25,045 nucleotides of DNA. Origin: an uncultured bacterium. Lineage in GTDB: Bacteria; AUK180. Where the stretch lies: NCBI GenBank assembly GCA_937863565.1, contig CALMGJ010000037.1:62001-87045 (forward strand), read 5' to 3'. Made by a program: the position numbers and the translations under genes. Positions 1 through 10,900 of the stretch are shown in pieces. How positions within the stretch are numbered: the stretch's first letter is position 1; the number at the start of each line of letters is the position of its first letter. The notes below the pieces were generated by a model. That model did not search any database, had not been told where the DNA came from, and saw only the letters and a program-made list of their open reading frames with translations.

Positions 1-3000
1 GGCCATTCTGCTCTTGCCGGCGGCGACCGCCATGATCCGCAATGTCCCGTTGAAATACGGGATCCTTACTTTGACAGATGCCTTTCCGTTCTCTATCTTC
101 ACGATGCCGGAATAGTATGAAACGAGTTTTACCGGAGTAACTCTCTTTTTCAGCTCTCTCTCCCTCTGATCTTCAAGCTCATTAACCCCCCCTCCCGGTT
201 TTTTATCGTTCTTGTAAACGGAGGATACCCAGCCGTAATTGTCAAAGGTGCTTACGCCCAGCGCGCATTTCTGGAAAAAGAACGCGAAGGGATCAGGCGA
301 AATGAAATTCGTGATCTGCAGTATCCCCTCATCGACAACGGATATAGTAGCCCATCCTTCCTTGATATTCGGGGTTTCTACAGATACTTCGAACTCGGTA
401 TTGGGCTTGATCTTCTCGGGTGCATTGATCTCGATAGGTGAAGAGTATTTCTCAGGGATCACCCTCACGCTTTTGATCCCCATGCAGTGCTCGGGTTCAT
501 ATCCGTCCGTCAAATCCTGCGGATACTCCTTTATAAGATGCGCGTGGAAATAGATATTCGGGACATCCTCGGAAATCTTACATGTGATCTCATTGCGGCC
601 TTCCTTCAGGGCGTACCATTTCGAGAAGATCACCTTATCCGTTTCAGCGGAGAATTGAACCGTTCCGCTGAATTTAGAATTGAAGGAGATCTTTGCAGTA
701 TCCCCGAGATCATACGCCTCCTTGTCCGTGAAGAGCTTGATGTATTCCGGGTCCTTGTAATTGCGGTATTGCGATTCCCGGTAGGAATATCTGTAGTAGC
801 GCCATTCCCATTGAGCGGGGATGAAGTATTCGCTTACCGACCTTCTGTCCTCCGAACTTACCCTCATGATATATCCGCCCCAGTAATCGTCCGGGACGAA
901 CGAATATTCGAAAGTGCCGTCCTCGCCTGTGATCACGCTCGTTTCCAGTGTATTGTAAGAATACGGCTGCCAGCGCCAGGCGCCCCATCCGTAATCCTCA
1001 TCGTCCTCATAATAGTAATACCAGGAGTATTCAACGCGGGAGATCTCAACGTTCAATGTAACTTTGGACTTTATAACCGTCTCATCCGTATCAAGAAGGA
1101 TGCCCTTCACGGTCATCTCCTTGCCTCTGTACGCCCTGTCAGAATCGGCTTTCAGCCCTATGAGCATATTCCCCGGCATAACGGTAACGACCGCCGATCT
1201 CTTTGAGCCCCGCGCCGTACCGGGAGGAGAGACATTCGCATACAATTTCAATTGAACGGGTGAATTCACTGCGATGCCGTAATTGTCAAGGTTGAATTTC
1301 AGGGCATATGAACCGTCCGCGCCGAGTTCTCCCGTGAAATTATCCACATTCGTTCCCGCGGGTTCATCGAAGAAATATTTCCCGAAGGAATAATCACTGA
1401 AATCCTTCACTTTTAAAGCGATGGGTTTCAATGTCACGTCCAGGGAGAAAGAGGCCTCGGCAGCCGGCGCGCCGAAAAGGTATTCCGCTTTGAGATCGAC
1501 GCGGATATCCTCTTTGTCCATGAAAAGCATCTTTTCGGGTTTAAGATCGATCTTGATCGTTTCCGGGACGAATTCCTCTACTGAAAACCGCCCCTGGCCG
1601 ATCAGGTTCTTGCCTGCCAGGACATTCACGACATACTGCCCCGTAGCGGGCGTGTTGCCGAATTCGCACGAGAGATCTGCCATTCCGGCATCATTGACCG
1701 TTTTAGAGGTGTCTATAAGGACCGTATTCCTCGGGGACACCAGGCGGATCTTAACCGGTATCTTCTCCTTCGGGGACCTCCTTTCGCTGTCCCTCACCAT
1801 GATGGTGATATTGGCAGTATCGTTCGGGCGGTAAACGCCTCTGTCCGTGTATACATATGCTTTGTACTCGAAAGTATTCTTATAATTCGTTCCGGCCACA
1901 TCGAATTTTGATGCATCAAGAAGCGGTTCGTCGAAAACCATATAATTCAGATCGTCCCCGTCTTCGGCGATAAGCGCATAGACCTTGTCGGCTTTGAACC
2001 GTGCATTGCCTTCCCAATCCGTGGTCATTCTTTCAAGAACATTGTTCGAATATGAATAAGCCGTAACGACAATGCCGCTTTTCGGGGACTGCTTAGTGAG
2101 CGACCGTACCCATACATCTATGTACTCCCCTGCCTTCTTGGCGGTTATGCCGAGATCGCTTACGATCACTTGTATAACGTCGCTTCCTCCCTGATCGCCG
2201 ACCACGGCCACGTTGAATACGCCCTGCCTGTCCTTCAAGACCGCTTCCAGATCAATGGTCGATACTGTTTCCACATTTTTAATATTGTCAAGCGCAATCT
2301 TCGTATCGTATATGATGTCGCTTATCTTACTGTGAGCATTATCCCTGTATTCCGAAGCCAGCCAGAAGATGATGTTCTGCTGATAGATCTGGCGGATGTA
2401 CAGCCTTGCTCCTGAATTGTTCATGTGCTTCAGAGCGATATTTTTTTCGGTTCCCTTGAGAATTATATGGGAATGGGAGAAGAAGCCTACAGAAGGATTC
2501 TCATTCGGGAACTTCACCTTCTCGGTCCTTGATTCGGAGAGGAAACAGCCCGCATTGGATGTTAATCCTTTTCTCACGGTAACGGAATACTCTTCTCCCG
2601 CCTTGAATTTCCCGATAAGTTTGTATATGCCCTTAGACTTTGTTATTCCGAAATTTATTCGGGGCGAGATATCGATGAATTTCCGCAGTAATTCAGTTTC
2701 GATATCCGGAACCACATATTGCGCTTTTCTTATTTCCCGTTTCTTTTTGAACAGTTTATCCGTATTATCTTCGTAGAATTTAATATTGACCGCATTGGTT
2801 CTGTCATCCTTCAGAACCCGGTCGACGAACAGCCTGAACTTCACATAGCGTACCATGATCGTTTTTTTGTATTCATCGGCATTGATGTGCTTTTTCAGGT
2901 CCATGACGTTCATACCGTATGCGTCCGGCAGACCGTTCTTGAGAAGCGCATTGACCTCCGTGTCATCGGCGATGCCCGGCAGAAGCACCGATATATCCCT

Positions 3001-3585
3001 CGAGATACCTTTGGTGACAACCTTGAATGGCAGAGGTTTTCCGTTGCCGTCGGAGAAACTCAGATATTCGGCGATCCTCTCGGAAGAAACATCGTAATTG
3101 AACTGCATAGTGATCTCCGCCCTGTCGCCGGCGCTGTGATAGATATCTTTAACAGCGAATAGAGGAGCGACCCATCTGTCGAGAACGGAGCCGTCGAAAC
3201 CGACCTCGTATGCCGTACCCTGTTTAAGTCCTTCGTCGAAGAATATCCTGATCATGTTGTCGGACACCTTTTCGATCCTGTAATTTATAGGCTCGGGAAC
3301 GATCTTGATCCTGAGTTCTTCGAGTGAAAGACCTTTTTTACCGGGTATGGGATCGGAGAATGAAAGCTCGAAATATTTCGGACATTCCGCGGCGGTCGGA
3401 ACGGAGAAAACATTCCCTTTTCTCCTGCTTTCCGCTGTCCTCGGCCTAACTATAGGCGTTTGAACCGTCACTTTCTTTGAAGGCAGGGTTTTCTTTACGG
3501 GTTTTCTCACGGGTATGATGCTGAAAACGATAATGAGAACGGCAAGACATGCCAAAGCAATGAAAATAACGGTCTTCTTCTTCAT
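1..3585 (-). CDS. Bacterial alpha-2-macroglobulin family protein (MG2 domain), N-terminal ~1195 aa; continues beyond left edge
   Basis: Not in the ORF track because no stop lies inside the window. Manual translation from ATG at 3585 (RBS GGAGG upstream) gives MKKKTVIFIALACLAVLIIVFSIIP (signal/anchor). A2M-typical motifs follow: VIVSDLGITAKK, AYVYTDRGVYRPND, FSVEEFVPE, AEYLFGAPA, SVVDEGILQIT, PDPFAFFF, YFNGTLRIMAVA. The thioester region would lie outside the window. Confidence 0.92.
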   Translation of the reverse strand, partial: MKKKTVIFIALACLAVLIIVFSIIPVRKPVKKTLPSKKVTVQTPIVRPRTAESRRKGNVFSVPTAAECPKYFELSFSDPIPGKKGLSLEELRIKIVPEPINYRIEKVSDNMIRIFFDEGLKQGTAYEVGFDGSVLDRWVAPLFAVKDIYHSAGDRAEITMQFNYDVSSERIAEYLSFSDGNGKPLPFKVVTKGISRDISVLLPGIADDTEVNALLKNGLPDAYGMNVMDLKKHINADEYKKTIMVRYVKFRLFVDRVLKDDRTNAVNIKFYEDNTDKLFKKKREIRKAQYVVPDIETELLRKFIDISPRINFGITKSKGIYKLIGKFKAGEEYSVTVRKGLTSNAGCFLSESRTEKVKFPNENPSVGFFSHSHIILKGTEKNIALKHMNNSGARLYIRQIYQQNIIFWLASEYRDNAHSKISDIIYDTKIALDNIKNVETVSTIDLEAVLKDRQGVFNVAVVGDQGGSDVIQVIVSDLGITAKKAGEYIDVWVRSLTKQSPKSGIVVTAYSYSNNVLERMTTDWEGNARFKADKVYALIAEDGDDLNYMVFDEPLLDASKFDVAGTNYKNTFEYKAYVYTDRGVYRPNDTANITIMVRDSERRSPKEKIPVKIRLVSPRNTVLIDTSKTVNDAGMADLSCEFGNTPATGQYVVNVLAGKNLIGQGRFSVEEFVPETIKIDLKPEKMLFMDKEDIRVDLKAEYLFGAPAAEASFSLDVTLKPIALKVKDFSDYSFGKYFFDEPAGTNVDNFTGELGADGSYALKFNLDNYGIAVNSPVQLKLYANVSPPGTARGSKRSAVVTVMPGNMLIGLKADSDRAYRGKEMTVKGILLDTDETVIKSKVTLNVEISRVEYSWYYYYEDDEDYGWGAWRWQPYSYNTLETSVITGEDGTFEYSFVPDDYWGGYIMRVSSEDRRSVSEYFIPAQWEWRYYRYSYRESQYRNYKDPEYIKLFTDKEAYDLGDTAKISFNSKFSGTVQFSAETDKVIFSKWYALKEGRNEITCKISEDVPNIYFHAHLIKEYPQDLTDGYEPEHCMGIKSVRVIPEKYSSPIEINAPEKIKPNTEFEVSVETPNIKEGWATISVVDEGILQITNFISPDPFAFFFQKCALGVSTFDNYGWVSSVYKNDKKPGGGVNELEDQRERELKKRVTPVKLVSYYSGIVKIENGKASVKVRIPYFNGTLRIMAVAAGKSRMA

Positions 3586-3633
3586 CTCACCCTCCAGGAA
3601 AGAATATTCAGATATTACCGGAACAGAATAATT

Positions 3634-4557
3634 CTATTTTTTTTTGAATAAAAAATCAAGAGCGTTCGCTCTGTTAACGGCGATACCGGCTATAATGAAA
3701 AAAAGCCCGGCAAATGATGCTGCACGGAGCGGTTCCTTCAGGACCAGCGCAATGAAAAGAAGCGAAATGAACGGGGAGAGGAAAACGAGTATTGAAATAT
3801 CCGCGGGCTTCTTTGAGACGGCCATTGCCCTTTCCCAAAGAATGAAAGTAAAACCCATTTCAAAGGCTCCCACATAGATCCCGCCGGCGATCCCTGCGGG
3901 ATGGAAGCGCATCCTGTATTCTCCGGCGATCAGGAACAGGATGAAAAACAAAGTGCCGCTTATAAAATGAACAAAGAGCTTGACCAGCGCCTCCGTACGG
4001 TCCTTTTTCCCCAGCACCCAGTAGAATCCCCATATCACTGCGCTTGAAAGCGGATAAAGAATGTTCGGGGACATCTCGCTGAAGAAAGGCCCGCTTCCGC
4101 GTGAGGAGATGAAGAAGATCCCGGTGAATCCCAGAGCTAAAGCCCCGAGAGACCTGGCCGGAACCGGAGTTTTAAGAAGGAGCGCCGATATCAGAGGAAG
4201 AAGGATAGGCCATGTATAGTTCAAAAGCAGAGCCTCCTGCGCGGAGAGCAGGGCATATCCCCTAAAAAGAACGATATAGTAAAGAAAGGGGTTTAAAATG
4301 CCGGTTAAAGCGGGAAAGATCAGCGCGCCGGGCCTCATCCTGCCGAGGACTTTCTTTCGCGGGGAGAAGATCACGAATGACCCGAAGATGATTGTACTGG
4401 CGATACTGGAAATGAAAAGAAGCTCGATATGACCGATGTATTTTAAACTCAACTTGAAAGCGGTCGCTGCCGTAGACCAGAAGAATACCGCCCCGACGGC
4501 ATATAATATGTCCGGGCTCCCGCCTTTTTCCCTTTCGGTTCCGCTCATTTTTCTCAT
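3634..4557 (-). CDS. EamA/DMT family transporter
   Basis: 307 aa with about 10 hydrophobic segments in two repeated halves; motifs FWSTAATAFKLSL, LNPFLYYIVLF, LLNYTWP, GAFEMGFTFILW, LSPFISLL. Confidence 0.9.
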   Translation of the reverse strand: MRKMSGTEREKGGSPDILYAVGAVFFWSTAATAFKLSLKYIGHIELLFISSIASTIIFGSFVIFSPRKKVLGRMRPGALIFPALTGILNPFLYYIVLFRGYALLSAQEALLLNYTWPILLPLISALLLKTPVPARSLGALALGFTGIFFISSRGSGPFFSEMSPNILYPLSSAVIWGFYWVLGKKDRTEALVKLFVHFISGTLFFILFLIAGEYRMRFHPAGIAGGIYVGAFEMGFTFILWERAMAVSKKPADISILVFLSPFISLLFIALVLKEPLRAASFAGLFFIIAGIAVNRANALDFLFKKK

Positions 4558-4563
4558 CGGCTA

Positions 4564-4592
4564 AGTATATAATATTTGCGGGAAATTCGCAA
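4564..4592 (-). promoter_or_regulatory. Candidate sigma70 promoter for the EamA/A2M unit
   Basis: Minus strand TTGCGA-17 nt-TATACT, ending 6 nt before the ATG at 4557. Confidence 0.5.
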
Positions 4593-4650
4593 AAAAGGCC
4601 GCGAAACGCAAATATAAGCAGCTCTTTCGCCGTTGAAGGAAAAGAAAAGA

Positions 4651-4679
4651 TTGATTTTTTTTCTCTTTATACTTAAAAT
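4651..4679 (+). promoter_or_regulatory. Candidate sigma70 promoter for the kinase/regulator/CHAT operon
   Basis: TTGATT (4651-4656), 17-nt spacer, TAAAAT (4674-4679), with an A-rich upstream tract; GGAGG/AAGGA precede the TTG start at 4710. Confidence 0.55.
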
Positions 4680-4709
4680 AAATGTAATGGAGGGCAGAAG
4701 GATTTAAAA

Positions 4710-6500
4710 TTGAAGATCAAATACAGGTTCCCCCTGATCATTTTCCCTATCCTTCTCGTTTCACTTCTGTATCTCGGGAATATCTGGTTCTCGCTTACCA
4801 AGACCAACTACGATAATCTTCTAAAGAACGAGGTGAAGATACTGAGCCTGAAGAAAGCCAACGCGATCCAGAATGTGATCGACAAGATGGAAAGCGACCT
4901 TATCCTTCTTTCCACGAGCCCTTGGATCAGGGAATATACCGATATCAAGGGAAGAACGGATGGAGACGAAGATCTCCATATCAAATTCATAACCACATTT
5001 CTAAAAAAGGGAAGGGTCTATAAGGGCTTCACTTTCGCAGATATGAAGGGGGATGAACTTATCAGACTTTATTCTACTCCTGCGCTTCTGCAGAAAAGGA
5101 ACGTTTCGGAAACGGGATATTTCCGGGAAACGGTCAAACTTCCGGAGGGAAGCATACTGAAGTTCTTCTCGGGCAATGATCTTATCTATTCGGCAGGCGT
5201 TTTTTCGAAAGACAACCGTCTCACAGGCATCATTACGCTGGAATTTGATTATGAGGGTTTGAGAGGGCTTGTCAAAGAGCCCAACAGAGAAGCAAGCCCC
5301 GATATCATCCTTTTTGACGGGAAGGGCGGAAAACTGATGGACATCTTTTCCTCGGGAAAGATCACGGAGCATACTTTCGGAAAGATAAAGGATATGATGA
5401 CGGGAACGGACCAGGCGTATCGAGACAGGACGATATTCCTGAAGGGTGAAACGACGGATTTCATCTTTGCCACGTCTCCCGTGACGCATTTTGACTGGCA
5501 TGTGTTCTCCTGCTACAGATATGCCGATTTTGCGTCATCCATCGCCGCTTTGTGGAAAAGAGCGCTGGGTTTTTCGCTCGCGGTCCTCTTGGCCTCGGTG
5601 CTCCTCGTCTACTTCATTTCCCTGAGTGCCGTTGCCCCTATCAGCAGGCTTGCCGCAAATGTCCAGCTTCTCAAGGAAGGAAGCTGGGAAAAGGTGAAAG
5701 GCCCGATCTCGAGGGACGAGATCGGCGATCTCACTATGAAATTCAATGAAATGGCCGATACGATAAAAGAAAAGCAGGACCGTCTGCAGGATGCTTATGA
5801 GAAATTGAGGGAGACGCAGGATAAAATGATACGTACGGAAAAACTCGCCGCTATAGGGGAATTGGCGGCCGGCATAGCGCATGAGATCAATAATCCTCTC
5901 AACAATATTCTCGGGTATGTTTCTCTTTTAAAAAAAAGCACTTCGCTGAATCCAGATGAGTTCAGAAAGCTTGAGATCATACTCCAGCAGATCGACCGGT
6001 GCCTTGCCATCATGGACGGACTTCTTGATTTCTCCCGGGCAAGGACGCTCATACTCGAACAAGCGGATCTTTCGGGCATAATTCAAAATGCCGCCGAAGA
6101 AGCGAGAGTGGAATTCTCGATGAAAGAAGAGAATTTTGAAATATCCCTGGAAAAAGAGATGACCGCCTATATCGACAGGGAGAAGATCAGAAGGGTTTTC
6201 TTCAATATTATAAAGAATGCCTGTGAAGCGGTTGCCTTCAAAGGTACGATCAGCATCAGCGCCCGGAAGGAGAACGGTTCGATCACAATAATGATCAGGG
6301 ATAACGGCGAGGGTATCCCGCCCGAGAACATCGAAAAGATATTCATGCCGTTCTTCTCGACAAGAACAGAGCAAAAAGGGACCGGATTAGGCCTTTCGCT
6401 CAGTCGCGGGATCATCGAGGACCATGGAGGGGAGATAAAGGTGTCAAGCAGAAAGGGGGAGACCATTTTTGAAGTAAAACTACCGCAGGGGGCAGCATGA
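4710..6500 (+). CDS. Membrane sensor histidine kinase (2 TM, periplasmic Cache-like, HAMP, HisKA, HATPase_c)
   Basis: Two TM helices flank a ~250-aa extracytoplasmic domain. HAMP (SRDEIGDLTMKFNEM), H-box (LAAGIAHEINNPL), N-box (FFNIIKNACEA), G1/F/G2 (DNGEGIP, IFMPFFST, GTGLGL). TTG start. Confidence 0.95.
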   Translation: MKIKYRFPLIIFPILLVSLLYLGNIWFSLTKTNYDNLLKNEVKILSLKKANAIQNVIDKMESDLILLSTSPWIREYTDIKGRTDGDEDLHIKFITTFLKKGRVYKGFTFADMKGDELIRLYSTPALLQKRNVSETGYFRETVKLPEGSILKFFSGNDLIYSAGVFSKDNRLTGIITLEFDYEGLRGLVKEPNREASPDIILFDGKGGKLMDIFSSGKITEHTFGKIKDMMTGTDQAYRDRTIFLKGETTDFIFATSPVTHFDWHVFSCYRYADFASSIAALWKRALGFSLAVLLASVLLVYFISLSAVAPISRLAANVQLLKEGSWEKVKGPISRDEIGDLTMKFNEMADTIKEKQDRLQDAYEKLRETQDKMIRTEKLAAIGELAAGIAHEINNPLNNILGYVSLLKKSTSLNPDEFRKLEIILQQIDRCLAIMDGLLDFSRARTLILEQADLSGIIQNAAEEARVEFSMKEENFEISLEKEMTAYIDREKIRRVFFNIIKNACEAVAFKGTISISARKENGSITIMIRDNGEGIPPENIEKIFMPFFSTRTEQKGTGLGLSLSRGIIEDHGGEIKVSSRKGETIFEVKLPQGAA

Positions 6501-7912
6501 TGGCCGGAAGGAAAATGAACATTCTGATCGTTGACGATGAAATGCATACGGTCGATATCATAGCGGAGACATTAGCGGGATGCGATCTTGGAATATTCAA
6601 GGCTTACGATAAGAACGGAGCACTGAAGGCCATCGCGTCCTCCGATATCGACATAGTCGTGACCGATCTGAAACTTAAGAACGAATCCGGGATCGAAGTC
6701 GTGGAAACCCTGAAAAAAAGATATCCATCGTCGCTGGCGATCGTCATCACCGCATATGCCACGGTGGATTCCGCGGTCGAAGCGATGAAGAAGGGGGCTT
6801 ACGATTACATAACCAAACCCTTCCGTCCGGAGTATGTGAAAATGATCATCGAGCGCGCACTCGAGAATATAAGGCTTTCAAAGAAGATCAAGGACCTTGA
6901 GCTCATCATCGGGCAGCATGAACAGTTCTCCGGTATAATAGGAAGATCGGCGGTGATGAAAGAAGTATTCGAACAGATCGATCTTGCAGCGAGCACAGAT
7001 TCGAATGTTCTCATTTTCGGGGAAAGCGGAACGGGAAAGGAATTGGCGGCAAAAGCGATACACAAAAAAAGCGCAAGGAGCACAAAGCCCTTCATCGTCA
7101 AGGATTGCGGAATAGGGACGAGAGAACTCCTTGCATCAGAACTCTTCGGTTATGTTAAGGGCGCATTTACGGGCGCAAATGAAACAAAAAAAGGACTTTT
7201 CGAACTCGCTGAGCAGGGCACTCTGTTTCTCGATGAGATATCAACACTTGATGTCGATCTTCAATCCCATCTTCTTAGGGCCATACAGGAACGGGAGATC
7301 CGCCCGGTCGGTGCAGGGCATTTTAAAAAGATAGACGTAAGATTCATCGCGGCTACGAACAAGGACCTTTCCGTTCTTATCGGGGGAGGCTCATTCAGGC
7401 AGGACCTTTATTTCAGGATAAACGTGATCAATATAAATCTGCCGCCATTACGCGCTCGCCGTGACGATATACCCCTTCTTCTGGATTATTTCGTCAATAA
7501 ATATTCCCATGCGCTCGGGAAAAAAGTAGAGAGGACAGAAAAAGAAGTACTTGATATCTTCATGAGATATCCTTGGCCGGGAAATGTCAGAGAACTTGAG
7601 AATGCTGTGGAAAGGGCGGTCCTTTTCATGAAGGAAGGGATATTGACCGCTAAATGCATACCTGAGGCGATACTCAGGCCTGATCCCGAAGCCTCGCTCA
7701 TGCCAAATGAGGGCAATTCTTCGAAAGGGATCTTGAAAAACCTCTATGAGGTCGAAAAGGAGCATATCCTCGACACTTTGAAGAAATGCGGCGGAAATCA
7801 GAAGAGATGTTCAGAAGTTCTGGGGATCAGCAGAAAAACACTTTGGGAAAAATTAAAAAAATATGGCATAAAAAGTGTAAAGAATTTTGAGGCCGAAGGA
7901 GGTCCGCAATGA
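6497..7912 (+). CDS. Sigma54-dependent response regulator (NtrC/AtoC family: REC-AAA+-Fis HTH)
   Basis: REC (ILIVDDE, VVTDLKL, YITKPF), Walker A GESGTGKE, intact GAFTGA, Walker B LFLDEI, FRQDLYFRIN, WPGNVREL, C-terminal LGISRKTLWEKLKKYG. ATGA overlap with the kinase stop. Confidence 0.96.
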   Translation: MMAGRKMNILIVDDEMHTVDIIAETLAGCDLGIFKAYDKNGALKAIASSDIDIVVTDLKLKNESGIEVVETLKKRYPSSLAIVITAYATVDSAVEAMKKGAYDYITKPFRPEYVKMIIERALENIRLSKKIKDLELIIGQHEQFSGIIGRSAVMKEVFEQIDLAASTDSNVLIFGESGTGKELAAKAIHKKSARSTKPFIVKDCGIGTRELLASELFGYVKGAFTGANETKKGLFELAEQGTLFLDEISTLDVDLQSHLLRAIQEREIRPVGAGHFKKIDVRFIAATNKDLSVLIGGGSFRQDLYFRINVININLPPLRARRDDIPLLLDYFVNKYSHALGKKVERTEKEVLDIFMRYPWPGNVRELENAVERAVLFMKEGILTAKCIPEAILRPDPEASLMPNEGNSSKGILKNLYEVEKEHILDTLKKCGGNQKRCSEVLGISRKTLWEKLKKYGIKSVKNFEAEGGPQ

Positions 7913-10900
7913 AAAGAGCGCTTTCCACATTATTCGTTATCATTTTCGTTATATGCTGTTACGGCAATACCGACGACATCGTTTTCAAGGACGGCATTCT
8001 TTTCTACGATGTTAATATGAGGGGAGAGACCTACGAATTCGTAGTGAAGATCGAATCCCTGGAACCGGAGATCGTCTTCAGATGGGTCATGCCTTCCAAG
8101 GACCTTGCCGCCCGGGCGATCATTTCCAAAGAGAATATACTGAACGCAAAAAACCAGAAAACATATTTCTCCAATTATGATTATGAAAGATACGGGAAAG
8201 GAACAACGGCCGTATGGCTTTCTAAGATGAACTATCTTGCGCTGAAATTGATGAAATTCACAAAGATCACTTTTGATTCGGGGAGTGCCGAGAAACTTAA
8301 ACTCACAGGTTCTAAAACAGTCCCCGTTACCGTTAACGGGGAGCCCGTAGATATCGGCCTTATAACGGCAAAAAGCGAATCCGGGAAATATCTGGAGGTC
8401 CTTGACGACATAGAACATCCCGTTATCATGAACATGGAACTCGATTGGGGAACGGTCAAGATCAACAGGATATTCCATAAAACAGCCCTTATTGAACATA
8501 TAGGATCGCTTTATGATTCGGGAGATCCGGGAAGTATTAAAAGCGCCATCTACTTCACCGCATATTTCGATCTCCCCGAATTTGCAGACAAGGTCATCGC
8601 TGCCATCGATAAAGAAGATACGAGGGTGGATGCCATGTGGGCATGCGGAAGGCTCAAGCTCAAACAGGCTCTTCCGAAGGTCCTGCCCTATATGGATTCG
8701 AACGATTATAACACTTATTATTATGCGGTATTCGCAACAAGGATGATCAAAGACCCTTCTTCCATTCCGCAATTACTGAAGGTCCTGAAGAAGGAAAAGG
8801 ACCTTACTTCTTCAAAGGCAGAGACCATCATTTATGCTCTCGGAGATTTCAAGGATCCCCGTCCCGTAAAAGATATATGTGCAATTCTTGACAAAGAGAC
8901 ATCGCGGCTGAGCGCCCTGAAACCCGAAGAAGAAGATAAAAATGTCAATTTCAGGTGGACATGCCTGGACAGCCTTCTTCAACTTGCATCTCCCGCTTCG
9001 GTAAAAACACTGAAAGCCCTTCAGCTCGTGGAAAAGGATAAAACAAATCTTTCCCTGATAATCTCAGCGCTGGATAAGATCGAGTTCTCAAATATCAAAA
9101 CACCCGCAGTGAAAAAGGAGAAGAAGGCGAAACCGGGTCAAGAGGCTCCGAAGCCCGGTAAATCCGTCTGGTTCTACGCTAAGGTGAAGGATTTCTACGA
9201 AGACAATAAGATCGTGGTCCTGGGAAGAGGCAGCAATGATATGGTGCGTGAGGATTCCGGGGAAGTGTATTTCTACCATAATGCAATCTCCGGGACCAGT
9301 TCAAATATCAACTGGTCATTCGTTATTGCCAAGGGGAGGATCATAAAGGTCACTCCTGATGATACGGTGATCCATATCACGGACATGTATGATAAGATCG
9401 CCAGCGGAGATATTGCCGAGTTCACTCTTGTGATGCCTGTTGAGAAGGTCGATAATCCGCTTCTGCTTCTGGCTCTCTACGACATTACTTTTAAATCCCC
9501 GTCTGACGACAGACCCTACAATTCCGTCGATGCCGTAAAGAACATTTCCGACGCAAGTTATAATGAATTATTGAAGATGATCGAGAAGGAACTAAAGGAT
9601 TACATCAATACAGAGGATATCAAATCCTACACTTCCTCCCTTACCGTCGATGAAGGGAAATTCAAAGGGATGAACTGGTACGATGCGGGCATGGCCGTTA
9701 CAACGGAAGATATAAGGGAATTTTTTCTTTATGTTAAATACTATCCTTCGAGGTATCTCACCAACGAATATAATTTTGCGGAGACCCTTTATACATGGAT
9801 CATAAATGGTGCAGAGGACACGCTGAACGAACAACGGGCGGATCAGGCTAAACCGGTTTACAATGACGCGCTCGATCTTCTCTCAGAGGGAAAGATCGAC
9901 GAGTCCGCGGAGAGATTGAGAAAAGTGCTCGAGATCAAGCCGGATCATGAGGACGCGAAAAATAAACTTACATTGATAGAAGACATCGCTTATCTCAGGG
10001 AAGTGACATCCCGCGATCCCGATGACCTCAATTCTCTCTATGACCTTGCATACAAATACTGGCGCGCAGGCTTATATGAAATATCCAATGAAAAGTACAC
10101 GATCTGCGTGGAAAAAAAATTCAAGGAGGGCGCCTCAAGGTTCAATATCGGCCGGAATTATTTCGATATGGGTGATACGAAGAAAGCATTCGAGATCTAC
10201 AGTTCCCTTGGCGGCACTTATGAGAAGGAAACTGAGGAAAAATGGATTAAATACACATCTTCCCTCCTCAAGCTCTCCACAGAGAAGAACGATCCGCAGG
10301 CCTTCATCAATATCGCGGACGTTTTTTATCACGATGAGGTCTACGCGGACGCGAAGGATTATTATCAGAAGGCATTATCAGCCGATCCTGATAATAAGTA
10401 TGCCAAGGAAATGATAGGGAAGATCAAGATCCACAATGATGTGGACCAGTATCTCCTCTGGGCTGCCGATTACTGGGACGAATTCAAGTTCGAGGATGCC
10501 AAAACGTACTGGATCGAAGCCCTTTCCGCAGCTATGGAACTGAACGACAAGGAGCTGATGCTGACAATATACAATAAGATCGCGAAAAGTTACGAGAATG
10601 CCGAGATGTACGATGAAGCAATTGAGATATACGGAAGGATAATCGAATTTGACAATACGAATTTCGATGGCTATTTCGGGATCGCTTACGCGTACCAGGG
10701 GCTTCTCGAATACGGAAAAGCGATGGAATGGACTGAGAAAGCGCTCCAAAAATTCCCGGATGACGTAAGTTTTTTGAACAGCATCGGCTTCGATCTGATG
10801 AAATTAGGGCGTTTCGATGAAGCGGTCCCGTATCTTGAACGGGCAAAAAAAGACGATCCGCAATACCTAAATCCGCGCAAGAACCTGGCTGTTTGCCTTT

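Noticed and set aside
239-3162. Many plus-strand ORFs (e.g. 487..1206, 1421..1834, 2719..3162)
   Set aside because: They are antisense shadows of the alpha-2-macroglobulin frame with no recognisable motifs.
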